NCBI GenBank assembly: GCA_965116475.1 | Contig: OZ220691.1 | Span: 2,496,001 to 2,560,000 of the forward strand | Length of the DNA: 64,000 nucleotides | Direction of reading: 5' to 3' | Source of the DNA: Gemmatimonadota bacterium | GTDB taxonomy: Bacteria > Gemmatimonadota > Gemmatimonadetes > Palauibacterales > Palauibacteraceae | Shown: piece after piece, positions 1-13,899 of the stretch | Layout: every line of letters begins with the position of its first letter | Position numbering within the stretch: position 1 is the stretch's first letter | The notes under the pieces: generated by a model | Seen by the model: only the letters and a program-made list of their open reading frames with translations | Told to the model about the DNA's origin: nothing | The model's database searches: none | Made by a program: the position numbers and the translations under genes

Positions 1-1725
<1,725 letters not shown>

Positions 1726-1838
1726 TGGTTTTCCTTGGCTTGTGCTTGTCCGCTGTTTCTGCTGGTTCCGTCCCAGGTCGAATCTCACGGGGTTGGCGCC
1801 TTCCTTCCGGCGCGCGCGCCGCGAACGAAGTAACACGT

Positions 1839-1854
1839 TGCAATCGGCGTGCCG
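1839..1854 (-). promoter_or_regulatory. Sigma54 (-24/-12) promoter for dnaK
   Basis: Minus strand CGGCACGCCGATTGCA matches TGGCACG-N4-TTGC with exact GG-N10-GC spacing, about 115 nt upstream of the dnaK ATG. Confidence 0.7.
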
Positions 1855-2028
1855 CGCCGCGGACCGCCTGAGCGCCACCTTTTCCGACAAAATGGCACCT
1901 GGGGAGGGCCGCGCTCGGGCAGGGAGTGCCAGAGTGGCATGAAACGGGGCAGGGTTGTGGCGCGGAAGACGGGACGGGGTATGTTCCCCGGGCTCCCGTC
2001 GCCCAGAACCCTCAGCCGGACTGCGCCG

Positions 2029-3480
2029 ATGTCCCAGCGTCGCGACCCTTCCCGCTCCGCAGCCGCGGCGCCCCCGGCGATGCCGCGGGAGAGTTGGCTG
2101 CTCCTCGCCGTGATCGCCGTGCTGGGTGTCGGCCTGGCCGCGGGCGCGACGCCGCTGGCCGCGCAGGGGCTCGAGGGCGTCGGCGGCGAGATCGACGAAC
2201 CGTTCTTCTCCCGCCTGGCGCGGGGCCTGCTCGGGATCGCCTTCCTGCTCACAACGGTGTGGCTCTGCTCCGCGCACCGGAAGTCGATTTCATGGCCGCT
2301 CGTGGCGAAGGGGCTCGGGCTTCAGATCGCCTTCGCGCTCCTCGTCCTCAAGACGGGGGTCGGTCACACCTTCTTCAGCGCCGTCAACGACGTTTTCGTC
2401 GCGCTCATCGGATACACGAACGCCGGGTCGCGCTTTGTGTTCGGGTCGCTCGTGGACTACGGGACTCCGGTCGAAGGGGGCGCGGGCGGGGTGGTGAACA
2501 TCGGCGCGAACTTCGCCTTCAGCGTCCTGCCCACGATCATCTTCTTCTCCTCTCTCATGGCTCTCGCCTACCACCTGAGGATCATGCAGCGCGTCGTGAG
2601 GGGCGTCGCGTGGGCGATGCAGCGCACGCTCGGGACGAGCGGCGCGGAGACGACCTCGGCCGCCGGCAACATCTTCGTCGGCCAGACGGAGGCGCCGCTC
2701 CTCATCCGACCCTTCGTGGACCGGATGACGATGTCCGAACTCAACACCGTGATGACGGGCGGCTTCGCGACCGTGGCCGGCGGCGCGCTGGCGGCGTACG
2801 TCGCGATCCTCGTGGGGGTGTTCCCGGGGATCGCCGGGCACCTCCTCGCGGCGAGCATCATGGCGGCGCCGGCGGGGATCGTCGTGAGCAAGATGCTGAT
2901 GCCCGAGACGGAAGAGCCCGAGACGCGCGGCACGCTGGACATCGACCCGCCCCAGACGCACGCCAACGTGATCGACGCGGCGGCCGGAGGGGCCGGGGAC
3001 GGGTTGAAGCTGGCCTTGAACGTGGGGGCCATGCTCCTCGCCTTCCTCGCCATCATCGCCTTGGGGAACGGCATCATCGGCTGGGTGACCGGGCTGTTCG
3101 GCGTCGAGGGGATCACGCTTGAGCGGCTCTTCGGCTGGGTCTTCGCGCCCGTGGCCTGGCTCATCGGCGTGCCGTGGGCGGACGCGGTCGAGGTCGGAAC
3201 GCTGTTCGGCGTGAAGATGGTCGCGAACGAGTTCCTCGCCTTCACGAACCTCGGGGCCGGGCTCGGCGGCGACCTGCAGCTCTCGAACAAGTCGCTCATC
3301 ATGTGCACCTACGCGCTGACGGGATTCGCGAACTTCAGCTCGATCGCGATCCAGATCGGGGGCATCGGCGGCATCGCCCCCGGCCGCCGCGAGGACCTGT
3401 CGAAGCTCGGCCTGCGCGCGATGCTCGGGGGGACGGTTGCCACGTGGATGACGGCGACGCTGGCCGGAGTCCTCGCGTGA
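2029..3480 (+). CDS. nupC: Concentrative nucleoside transporter (CNT/NupC family); start uncertain (2029 or 2080)
   Basis: Multi-TM protein with [41 protein letters not shown] and [14 protein letters not shown] motifs typical of the CNT family. Confidence 0.9.
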   Translation: MSQRRDPSRSAAAAPPAMPRESWLLLAVIAVLGVGLAAGATPLAAQGLEGVGGEIDEPFFSRLARGLLGIAFLLTTVWLCSAHRKSISWPLVAKGLGLQIAFALLVLKTGVGHTFFSAVNDVFVALIGYTNAGSRFVFGSLVDYGTPVEGGAGGVVNIGANFAFSVLPTIIFFSSLMALAYHLRIMQRVVRGVAWAMQRTLGTSGAETTSAAGNIFVGQTEAPLLIRPFVDRMTMSELNTVMTGGFATVAGGALAAYVAILVGVFPGIAGHLLAASIMAAPAGIVVSKMLMPETEEPETRGTLDIDPPQTHANVIDAAAGGAGDGLKLALNVGAMLLAFLAIIALGNGIIGWVTGLFGVEGITLERLFGWVFAPVAWLIGVPWADAVEVGTLFGVKMVANEFLAFTNLGAGLGGDLQLSNKSLIMCTYALTGFANFSSIAIQIGGIGGIAPGRREDLSKLGLRAMLGGTVATWMTATLAGVLA

Positions 3481-4322
3481 CCCCGGCCGCCGACATCCAG
3501 ATCGGCGTCGAAGCGGCGGCCGCGGCGCTACGGGCCCGCACCGGAGAGCGGCTGGGCGCCGCCGCCCCGGACGTCGCGATCACGATGGGTTCGGGACTCG
3601 GCGGCCTCGGCGAAGAGATCGAGGATCCGGTGCGGGTGCCCTACGAGGATCTCCCCGGCTGGCCCCGTCCCACGGTCATCGGCCACGCCGGCCACGCCCT
3701 GATCGGAACGCTCGGGGGCCGACCCGTGCTGGGCCTGAGCGGACGCGTGCACCTCTACGAGGGCGGCCCGCCGGAGCGCGTCATCTTCTACGTGCGCGTC
3801 GCGGCGGCGCTGGGCATTCCCGTTCTCTTCCTCTCGAACGCGGCCGGAGCGATCCGGGAGGGATGGCACCCCGGCGAACTCATGCTGATCTCCGACCACC
3901 TCAACCTGACCGGCACGAGCCCGCTCATCGGCCCGGTCGCAGGGGCGGAGCGTCGCTTCCCCGACCTGACCTTCGCCCACGACCCCGAGTTACGGGCGAT
4001 CGTGCGCGAGACTGCCGCCGAGCTGGGCCACACACTCCACGAGGGCGTCTACGCGGCGATGCACGGCCCCGCCTTCGAGACCCCGGCCGAGATCCGCATG
4101 CTGCGGACGCTGGGCGCCGACGCCGTCGGCATGTCCACCGTGCCGGAAGTCATCGCGGCGCGCGCCCTCGGCATCCGCTGCGTCGCCGTCTCCTGCCTCA
4201 CGAACTACGCCGCCGGGGTCCTCGACGAGCCGCTGAATCACGAGGAAGTGCTGGAGACGACGAAGCTCGCCCAGGCCGGTTTCCAGCGCCTCGTCGCCGA
4301 GTCCATCCGCCGGTTCCCGTAG
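3477..4322 (+). CDS. punA: Purine-nucleoside phosphorylase (trimeric type)
   Basis: GTG start overlaps the nupC stop (GTGA). Motifs GSGLG, GRVHLYEG, GPAFETPAE, GADAVGMSTVPE and TNYAAG. Confidence 0.92.
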   Translation: MTPAADIQIGVEAAAAALRARTGERLGAAAPDVAITMGSGLGGLGEEIEDPVRVPYEDLPGWPRPTVIGHAGHALIGTLGGRPVLGLSGRVHLYEGGPPERVIFYVRVAAALGIPVLFLSNAAGAIREGWHPGELMLISDHLNLTGTSPLIGPVAGAERRFPDLTFAHDPELRAIVRETAAELGHTLHEGVYAAMHGPAFETPAEIRMLRTLGADAVGMSTVPEVIAARALGIRCVAVSCLTNYAAGVLDEPLNHEEVLETTKLAQAGFQRLVAESIRRFP

Positions 4323-4339
4323 CAGGTGAGCGTCGGCAC

Positions 4340-5494
4340 ATGACCCTGCGATCCTGGACCGTGATATCGCTGTTTACCGCGGTGATCGCCGGCTGTGACC
4401 GGCCGGAACCCACGGCGTGCGAGGTGTCGGACACCGACGGTCGCGTTGTTCGCAACACGAGCGCCGGGGTCTGGCGCACGGATCTCTCCTGGCGCGAGGT
4501 GTGGCGAGCCGGAGGCGCCGAGGAGGCGGAGGAGCTGGTCTTTCCGGCGGACGTCGCCGTCGGCCCCGACGGGTCCGTGGCCATCGCGGACTGGGGTCTC
4601 GCCGAAGTCATCCTGCTCGACCCCGATGGAGCGTGGCAGGGGCCGGTCATGACACGCGGCGAAGGCCCCGGAGAGGTCCAGGCGCCGGCCGCGCTGACCT
4701 GGATCGATGCCGACACGCTCCTCGTCCTGGACTTCGGGGCGTTTCGGCTGACCACGCTGGATCTCGCTTCTCGCTCGGCCACCGTCACGGCGGTCGATCC
4801 GGCGTTCATGTCACCTGTATTCGCATCCGGCGAGGTCACGTTCGTGGCGCTCCAACCGGACCGCACGGTGTGGCTGGAGTTCCCCGGCCCCGTCGAGGAC
4901 GGCTGGGAGGAGCGCTCCTTCGTCCGCTGGTCTCCCGAAAACCCTGTGAACGATACCGTGGCGCGGTCCCGTACCAGGCTGTTGGAGCGCACGGCGTTGC
5001 CCGCATGGCCGCGATCGCTGGTGGGTGTCGGCGCGGAGATCCGGGTCGTCTCTGCCCCGGGCGGACGTTACGAACTGACGGTACTGGACCGGGATGGCGC
5101 GACGCTGGTTCGGTTCTGCCATCCCGGGGAGGCGCTGCCGCTCTCGCCCGCCGAGCGTGGCGAGGATCCGGATGAGGGGATGCCCGACGCGTGGCGGGCC
5201 GCCCTCCGCGAACTCGGCGATCCGCCGGAAGCGGCGATCATCTCCCGGATCGTGGTGGACGCGGACGACCGGATCTGGGTGCAGCGGGACCGCCCCCTCC
5301 CCGGTGCAGCCGGCCCGCACGGGGCTCCGGGAGCCCTGCACGACGTATTCCTCCCGTCAGGGCGTTTCCTCGGCTCGATCCGCCTTCCGGCCGGTCACCG
5401 ACTCCTGGAGGCGCGAGGCCGCAGAGTATGGAGCCTCCACACCGGCAGCCTCGACGAATCCTCCATCGTAGCCCTCGAAATCGAGGGTTTCTGA
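4340..5494 (+). CDS. Putative lipoprotein with 6-bladed beta-propeller/NHL-like repeats
   Basis: Signal peptide ending VIAGC (lipobox). PADVAVGPDG, RGEGPGEVQAP and IVVDADDRIWV resemble NHL/propeller blades. Confidence 0.65.
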   Translation: MTLRSWTVISLFTAVIAGCDRPEPTACEVSDTDGRVVRNTSAGVWRTDLSWREVWRAGGAEEAEELVFPADVAVGPDGSVAIADWGLAEVILLDPDGAWQGPVMTRGEGPGEVQAPAALTWIDADTLLVLDFGAFRLTTLDLASRSATVTAVDPAFMSPVFASGEVTFVALQPDRTVWLEFPGPVEDGWEERSFVRWSPENPVNDTVARSRTRLLERTALPAWPRSLVGVGAEIRVVSAPGGRYELTVLDRDGATLVRFCHPGEALPLSPAERGEDPDEGMPDAWRAALRELGDPPEAAIISRIVVDADDRIWVQRDRPLPGAAGPHGAPGALHDVFLPSGRFLGSIRLPAGHRLLEARGRRVWSLHTGSLDESSIVALEIEGF

Positions 5495-5520
5495 GTTCCC
5501 GACCGCTTGGTGCGCTGCGG

Positions 5521-7677
<2,157 letters not shown>

Positions 7678-7856
7678 TCAGGGTGTCCGGGCAACAGCTT
7701 CGGCCCGGAGGCGGCCGAGCGTCAAGAAAACCATCGGCGTCTCGTCCCGGACCGCACCGTCCTCCAGGCGAAATGTACATTCGCCTGAGCCCGGCGTCCG
7801 CACGATATTCTACCGATGGACGTCATCCAGCGATCATCGGAACCCGCGGACGAATC

Positions 7857-8909
7857 ATGACGAGAGCGGCGAAACGCGGCGGCACGCCCGAAGAGGCGGC
7901 TTCGTCGTCCCGTCGAATCTTCGCCGGGACGGATGCCGCGGATGCCGATGTCGTTCCCATGCGGGGCCGCAATGCCGGAACGCCGCTCGACCTCGATCTG
8001 ATCCGGGGGCAGGCCGCGAACCGCAGCGCGATCGAGCGCCGGGCCGCCACGCTGGGGAAGCGCCGCAGCATCAAGAAGGAGTGGCAGACCGCCTGGCTCC
8101 TCCGTGCCGTGACGATGATCGACCTCACGACCCTCGCCGGCGACGACACCCCGGGCCGGGTGGCCCGCCTCGCCGCCAAGGCCCGTCAGCCCGTGCGTCC
8201 CGACCTCCTCCGCGCGCTGGGGGTCGAAGATCTCGGCCTGCGCGTGGCCTCCGTCTGTGTGTACCCGACGATGGTTCCGGCCGCCGTCGAAGCGCTCGCC
8301 GGCGACGACATCCCGGTGTGCGCGGTCGCCGCCGGCTTCCCCGCCGGGCTCACGCCGTTCGCGCAACGGGTCGAGGAGATCCACGAAGCGGTCGAGGCCG
8401 GGGCGCGAGAGATCGACATCGTCATCACCCGCCGCCACGCCCTCACCGGCGACTGGGAGGCGCTGTACGACGAGGTCCGCGCCTTTCGCGAGGCGTGCGG
8501 CGAGGCCCACCTGAAGACGATCATGGCCACGGGCGAACTCGGGAGTCTGCGCAACGTCGCCCGCGCGAGCTGGACCTGCATGATGGCCGGCGCCGACTTC
8601 ATCAAGACTTCGACCGGCAAGGAGAAGGTCAACGCCACGCTCCCGGTGGGACTCGTGATGGCGCGTGCGATCCGCGCTTACCGGCAACTCTCCGGCTTCC
8701 ACGTGGGCCTGAAGCCGGCCGGCGGAGTGGGGAAGGCGAAGCAGGCGCTGGAGTGGCTCATTCTCGTGAAGGAAGAACTGGGCGGGGCATGGCTCGACCG
8801 GTTGCTGTTCCGCTTCGGCGCCAGTTCGCTGCTCGCGGACATCGAACGCCAGTTGGAGCACCGGGCGACGGGGCGGTATTCCGCGTACCACCGGCACCCG
8901 TTGGGATGA
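7857..8909 (+). CDS. deoC: Deoxyribose-phosphate aldolase (long form); start uncertain
   Basis: IDLTTL, AAGFPAG, GAREIDIVI, GADFIKTSTGK, KPAGG and FRFGASSLL. Confidence 0.95.
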   Translation: MTRAAKRGGTPEEAASSSRRIFAGTDAADADVVPMRGRNAGTPLDLDLIRGQAANRSAIERRAATLGKRRSIKKEWQTAWLLRAVTMIDLTTLAGDDTPGRVARLAAKARQPVRPDLLRALGVEDLGLRVASVCVYPTMVPAAVEALAGDDIPVCAVAAGFPAGLTPFAQRVEEIHEAVEAGAREIDIVITRRHALTGDWEALYDEVRAFREACGEAHLKTIMATGELGSLRNVARASWTCMMAGADFIKTSTGKEKVNATLPVGLVMARAIRAYRQLSGFHVGLKPAGGVGKAKQALEWLILVKEELGGAWLDRLLFRFGASSLLADIERQLEHRATGRYSAYHRHPLG

Positions 8910-8943
8910 GGGTCGGGTTGAGGTTGAGAGGGGGTTGAGGGAG

Positions 8944-11349
8944 ATGCCGAAGATCGCGGAACTGTTCGAGACGATGGAGTACGGTCCGGCCCCGGAGGCC
9001 GCGGACGAGGCGCGGGCCTGGATCGCCGGACGGGGTCCCCGTTTCGGGCACTACATCGGCGGCGCCTGGTGCGAACCGGCGGACGGCGAGTTCTTCGCGA
9101 CCCTCGACCCGAGCAACGAAGCGCAACTGGGCGAAATCGCGCAGGGCGTCCTCGCCGATGTGGACCGCGCGGTGTCGGCGGCGCGGGCGGCACAACCTGC
9201 CTGGCGCGACCTCGGGGGACACGGCCGGGCGCGCTACCTGTACGCGATCGCCCGCCACCTGCAGAAGCACTCCCGACTCTTCGCGACGCTGGAGACGCTC
9301 GACAACGGCAAGCCCATCCGCGAATCGCGCGACATCGATATTCCGCTCGTCGCGCGGCACTTCTATCACCACGCGGGCTGGGCCCAGCTCATGGACACCG
9401 AACTCGCGGACTGCGAGCCGCTCGGGGTCGCGGGCCAGATCATCCCCTGGAACTTCCCGCTGCTCATGTTGGCGTGGAAGATTGCGCCCGCCCTCGCGAC
9501 CGGGAACACCGTCGTCCTCAAGCCCGCCGAGTTCACGTCGCTGACCGCGCTCCGGTTCGCGGAACTCTGCCGCGAGATCGACCTGCCGCCGGGCGTCGTG
9601 AACATCGTGACCGGCGACGGCCACACCGGGGCCGCGATCGTCGAACATCCGGACGTCGACAAGATCGCCTTCACGGGCTCGACGGAGGTCGGCCGCATCA
9701 TCCGCGAAGCGACGGCGGGGACCGGCAAGAAGATCTCGCTCGAGCTGGGTGGGAAATCGCCCTTCCTCGTCTTCGACGACGCGGACCTCGACAGCGTCGT
9801 CGAGGGCGTGGTCGATGCGATCTGGTTCAACCAGGGCCAGGTGTGCTGCGCCGGCTCGCGGATCCTCGCGCACGAAGGGATTGCCGACGCGCTCGCCGAC
9901 CGCCTGCGCGCCCGCATGGAGACGCTCCGCATGGGGGCGCCGCTCGACAAGGGCGTCGACATCGGCGCGATCATCGCACCGGTCCAGTTGAAGAAGATCG
10001 AGTCGCTCGTCGAGGAGGGACGCGAGGAGGGCGCCAGGATCTGGCAGCCGTCCTGGAGCGTGCCCCGGGACGGCTGGTTCTACCCGCCGACCCTCTGCAC
10101 CGACGTGTCGCCGGCCGCGCGGCTCGCCCAGGTCGAGATCTTCGGACCCGTCGTGGTTCAGATGACGTTCCGCACCCCCGCCGAGGCGGTCGCGCTCGCG
10201 AACAACACGCGCTACGGCCTCGCGGCGAGCATCTGGACCGAGAACGTGAACCTCGCCCTCGACATCGCCTCGCAGATCAAGGCCGGGACCGTCTGGATCA
10301 ACTGCACGAACGTGTTCGACGCCGCGTCCGGGTTCGGCGGCTACCGTGAGAGCGGATTCGGGCGCGAAGGCGGCCGGGAAGGGCTCCGGGAGTATGTCCG
10401 CCAGCGCCGCGAGCCCGAGGCGCCGGCCCCCTCAAGAGACTCGGAGCCGGCGGGGCGCGACGAGCCGGGATCGATCGGCGAGAACGCCCACGGCTCCGCG
10501 CCGCTGCCCCCGATCGACCGAACGGCGAAGCTCTATATCGGCGGCCGGCAGGCGCGGCCCGACGGTGGCTACAGTCTCGAAGTTCCGGATTACCGGGGCC
10601 GCGCGGCGGGGGAAGTGGCCCGCGGCAACCGGAAGGACGCGCGCAACGCCGTGGAGGCGGCGCTCGCCACGGAATGGGCGCGCACGACGGCCCACCTGCG
10701 GGCGCAGATCCTCTACTACGCGGGCGAGAATCTCGATGCCCGCCGGGGCGCCTTCGAGGACCGGCTGCGCACCCTCACCGGCTGCGGCGCGGCGGCGGCG
10801 AGCCGCGAAGTGGAGGCGTCCGTGCGGCGCCTCTTTACCTGGGCGGCGTGGGCCGACAAGTGGGACGGGGCCGTCCACCGGACGCCCTTCCGCAACGTGA
10901 CCCTCGCCATGCCCGAACCGCTCGGCGTGATGGCGGTGGTCTGTCCGCCGGAACCTGCGCTCCTCGGGTTCATCTCCAGCGTGTTTCCGAGCGTCGCGCT
11001 CGGGAACGCCGTCGTTGCCGTCGCTTCGGAACGATGGCCGCTCCTCGCCACCGACTTCTACCACGTGCTCGCGGCCTCGGACGTGCCGCCGGGGGTCATC
11101 AACATCCTCACGGGCCTCGAGGAGGAACTGCGGCCCGCCCTCGCCGGCCACGATGCGGTGGACGGGATGTGGTACTTCGGGACGGAAGAAGGGGCCGCCG
11201 ACGTGGAGCGCCGCTCCGCCTCCAATCTGAAGCGGACGTGGACGAACGGCGCTCGGGGGCGGGACTGGTTCGGTCCCGGTGGCGAAGGGCCCGAATTCCT
11301 CCGGCACGCCTCCCAGATCAAGAACATCTGGGTCCCGTACGGGGAATAG
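8944..11349 (+). CDS. Aldehyde dehydrogenase with an extra C-terminal partial ALDH domain (ALDH16-like)
   Basis: IIPWNFP, FTGSTEVG, LELGGKSP, FNQGQVCCAGS and EIFGPV, followed by a second KLYIGG...EPLGV...IKNIWVPYGE half domain. Confidence 0.92.
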   Translation: MPKIAELFETMEYGPAPEAADEARAWIAGRGPRFGHYIGGAWCEPADGEFFATLDPSNEAQLGEIAQGVLADVDRAVSAARAAQPAWRDLGGHGRARYLYAIARHLQKHSRLFATLETLDNGKPIRESRDIDIPLVARHFYHHAGWAQLMDTELADCEPLGVAGQIIPWNFPLLMLAWKIAPALATGNTVVLKPAEFTSLTALRFAELCREIDLPPGVVNIVTGDGHTGAAIVEHPDVDKIAFTGSTEVGRIIREATAGTGKKISLELGGKSPFLVFDDADLDSVVEGVVDAIWFNQGQVCCAGSRILAHEGIADALADRLRARMETLRMGAPLDKGVDIGAIIAPVQLKKIESLVEEGREEGARIWQPSWSVPRDGWFYPPTLCTDVSPAARLAQVEIFGPVVVQMTFRTPAEAVALANNTRYGLAASIWTENVNLALDIASQIKAGTVWINCTNVFDAASGFGGYRESGFGREGGREGLREYVRQRREPEAPAPSRDSEPAGRDEPGSIGENAHGSAPLPPIDRTAKLYIGGRQARPDGGYSLEVPDYRGRAAGEVARGNRKDARNAVEAALATEWARTTAHLRAQILYYAGENLDARRGAFEDRLRTLTGCGAAAASREVEASVRRLFTWAAWADKWDGAVHRTPFRNVTLAMPEPLGVMAVVCPPEPALLGFISSVFPSVALGNAVVAVASERWPLLATDFYHVLAASDVPPGVINILTGLEEELRPALAGHDAVDGMWYFGTEEGAADVERRSASNLKRTWTNGARGRDWFGPGGEGPEFLRHASQIKNIWVPYGE

Positions 11350-11370
11350 GTGCCGCAGGGCGAATAACCC

Positions 11371-12189
11371 TCAGCCGGCGGCGCGGCCTCCGGGATCGGC
11401 CCAGTGGTCCAGGGGACCGCGGCCGGAGCCGAGACCCGGCGCCGCCGCGATGGCGGCGTGAGTGAAGGCGAGCCCCCGTTCGATCGCCGGCTCGAGCGCG
11501 AGCCCCGAGGCCAGCCCCGCCGTGATCGCGGCCGAGAGCGTGCAACCGGTGCCATGGGTTTCCGTCGTCCGGATGCGGGGCGTCCGCCACAGGCGCTCCC
11601 GGGTTCCGTCCCCGAACAGGTCAACGACCTCCGCGCCGTCCAGGTGCCCGCCCTTGACGAGTACGGCCCGGGCGCCCCGCGCGACGATGGCGCTCACGGC
11701 CGCGGACATGTCCGCTTCGGTACGCACGGTCCGTCCGGCGAGGATCTCCGCTTCCGGCAGGTTCGGCGTGACGAGGGCGGCGAGCGGCAGAAGTTCCTCG
11801 AGGATGGCGGCGACGGCGGCCGGGTCGAGCAGCCGGTCGCCGCTCGTCGCCACCATCACCGGGTCGACGACAAGCGGCGCTTCGAAGCCGTGCAGACCCG
11901 CGACGACGGCCCGCACGATGTCCGCGTTGGCGAGCATCCCGGTCTTCGCGGCCCCCGGCGGCAGGTCCGCCCGCACCGATTCGATCTGGCGCCGCACGAT
12001 CGGCGGGTCGAGCGCCTGCACCGCCTGGACCCCGAGGGTGTTCTGGGCTGTCACGGCGGTGACGGCGCTCGTTCCGAACACGCCGAATGCGTGGAAGGTC
12101 TTGATGTCGGCCTGGATGCCGGCTCCGCCCCCCGAATCGCTTCCCGCGATCGTGAGGGCCGTGGTCCGCGCTGCTCGCTTCGGGTTCAC
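11371..12189 (-). CDS. thiD: Hydroxymethylpyrimidine/phosphomethylpyrimidine kinase
   Basis: [44 protein letters not shown] and [11 protein letters not shown] start with upstream GGAG. Confidence 0.95.
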   Translation of the reverse strand: MNPKRAARTTALTIAGSDSGGGAGIQADIKTFHAFGVFGTSAVTAVTAQNTLGVQAVQALDPPIVRRQIESVRADLPPGAAKTGMLANADIVRAVVAGLHGFEAPLVVDPVMVATSGDRLLDPAAVAAILEELLPLAALVTPNLPEAEILAGRTVRTEADMSAAVSAIVARGARAVLVKGGHLDGAEVVDLFGDGTRERLWRTPRIRTTETHGTGCTLSAAITAGLASGLALEPAIERGLAFTHAAIAAAPGLGSGRGPLDHWADPGGRAAG

Positions 12190-12288
12190 GCTCAACTCCC
12201 CTCGGGTCCGCACAGATCCGCACACGTCAGACGGCTCGCTCCGCGCACCGCGATGACAGCGCGTTGAGCCGCAGCGTAAAATAAGGGC

Positions 12289-13068
12289 ATGCCAACGCGC
12301 GCGGAGATCAAGGCCTGGCGGTCGCTGCACCGCGGAAAGGGACGCAGGGAGACCGGGTGTTTCCTGGCCGAGGGGCGCCGCCTTGCCGGCGAGATGCTCG
12401 ACTGGCCGGGCCGCACGGTGGCCGTGCTGCACACCGGCGCGGCGCAGGACGATCCGGAACTGGAGGCGTTGCTCGCGCGCGCGGTGGCGCGGGGCGTGCG
12501 CACGGAGGCGGTGCCCGCAGCGATCGTACGGACGCTGGCGGATGCCGCCACGCCCCAGCCCGTCCTCGCGATCGGCGAGATGCCGGCGTACGGCTGGGAC
12601 GATGTGGACGATGTGGACGTCGGCGCGATCGTGCTGCTCGACGGCGTGCAGGATCCGGGCAACGTCGGCACCCTCGTGCGCACCGCGCTCGCGCTCGGGG
12701 CCGCCGCCGTGGTCGGCGTCGGCGAGACCGCCGATCCGTGGGGGCCGAAGGCGCTGCGCGCCTCGGCGGGCGCGTTGCTCCGCGGCCCCGTGTTCCGCAC
12801 GGAGACCCGGGATGCCGTGGAGCGGCTCGCCCGGCGGGGAATCCCCATCTGGGTCGCCGCGGCCGATGCCCCGCCGCTCCCGGGCCCGCCTCCCGGACCG
12901 GTTGCCCTCGCGCTGGGGAGCGAGGCCCACGGCGTCTCCGCCTCGCTCCGCTCCGCCGCCGCCCGCGCCGTCTCCGTGCCGCTCGCCCGCGGCGTGGAGT
13001 CGCTGAACGTGGCATCGGCGGGCGCCATCCTGCTCGACCGGATGCGGGCGGGCCGCCCGCTTGGCTGA
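12289..13068 (+). CDS. TrmH/SpoU family RNA 2'-O-methyltransferase
   Basis: [24 protein letters not shown] and [15 protein letters not shown] motifs. Confidence 0.92.
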   Translation: MPTRAEIKAWRSLHRGKGRRETGCFLAEGRRLAGEMLDWPGRTVAVLHTGAAQDDPELEALLARAVARGVRTEAVPAAIVRTLADAATPQPVLAIGEMPAYGWDDVDDVDVGAIVLLDGVQDPGNVGTLVRTALALGAAAVVGVGETADPWGPKALRASAGALLRGPVFRTETRDAVERLARRGIPIWVAAADAPPLPGPPPGPVALALGSEAHGVSASLRSAAARAVSVPLARGVESLNVASAGAILLDRMRAGRPLG

Positions 13069-13861
13069 CCCCGCGATCATCGCGGCGGCCGCGCTGCTCG
13101 GCGCGGCGGTGGGCTCCTTCCTCAACGTGTGCGTCACGCGGATGCCCACCGGAGACAGCGTCCTCCGCCCGCGCAGCCGCTGCCCGGCGTGCGGCGCGAC
13201 CATCCGCTGGCGCGACAACCTCCCCGTGCTCGCCTGGATCTTCCTGCGGGCGCGGTGCCGCGACTGCGGCGGCAGCATCTCCGTGCGCTACCCTGCGATC
13301 GAACTGGCAACGGCCGTCGCCTGGGGCGGCATGGCCTGGCTGTACGGCACATCGGTCGCCGCCCTCACCGGTGCAATCCTGTTCAGCCTCCTCCTCGGGA
13401 TCGCCGTCATCGACGCGCGCCACTACATCATCCCCGACGCCCTCTCGCTCGGCGGGTGCGCCGCGGGCCTCGTCCTCTCGGCGCTCCCGGGAGCGACCCG
13501 GCCGCTCGCGGCGGTCGCGGGCGCGGTACTCGGGTTCGGACTTCTCTACGTGGTCGGGTGGCTGGGCGAGAAGGCGCTCCGGAAGCCGGCGCTCGGCGGC
13601 GGCGACGTGAAGATGATGGCGATGGTCGGTGCCTTCCTCGGCCCCGGCGGCGCCCTTCTCACGATCTTCCTGGGGGCGCTCGCCGGGTCCCTCGTCTACG
13701 GTCCCGTCTCAATCCGGACGGGAAAGCCCGTGCCCTTCGGCACCTTCCTCGCGCTCGGCGCGACCGCCGCATTCCTGTTCGGGGACACGCTGTTCGAATG
13801 GTATCTGCGGGCGGCGGCCGTCCTGCCGTCGGCGCCGACGCAGGGTTTCGCCGCTGCCTGA
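13061..13861 (+). CDS. pilD: Prepilin peptidase (A24)
   Basis: GSFLNV, SRCPAC...RCRDC zinc cysteines, and catalytic Asp motifs IDARH and GGGDVK. Confidence 0.92.
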   Translation: MADPAIIAAAALLGAAVGSFLNVCVTRMPTGDSVLRPRSRCPACGATIRWRDNLPVLAWIFLRARCRDCGGSISVRYPAIELATAVAWGGMAWLYGTSVAALTGAILFSLLLGIAVIDARHYIIPDALSLGGCAAGLVLSALPGATRPLAAVAGAVLGFGLLYVVGWLGEKALRKPALGGGDVKMMAMVGAFLGPGGALLTIFLGALAGSLVYGPVSIRTGKPVPFGTFLALGATAAFLFGDTLFEWYLRAAAVLPSAPTQGFAAA

Positions 13862-13899
13862 AGCCCCGCGTCAGCGCCGAGAGTGGGTTCGTCCAGGTT

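Noticed and set aside
1893..1931. Possible CIRCE (HrcA) element upstream of dnaK
   Set aside because: Only one half-site (GAGTGCCA) is present; there is no partner at the required 9-bp spacing.
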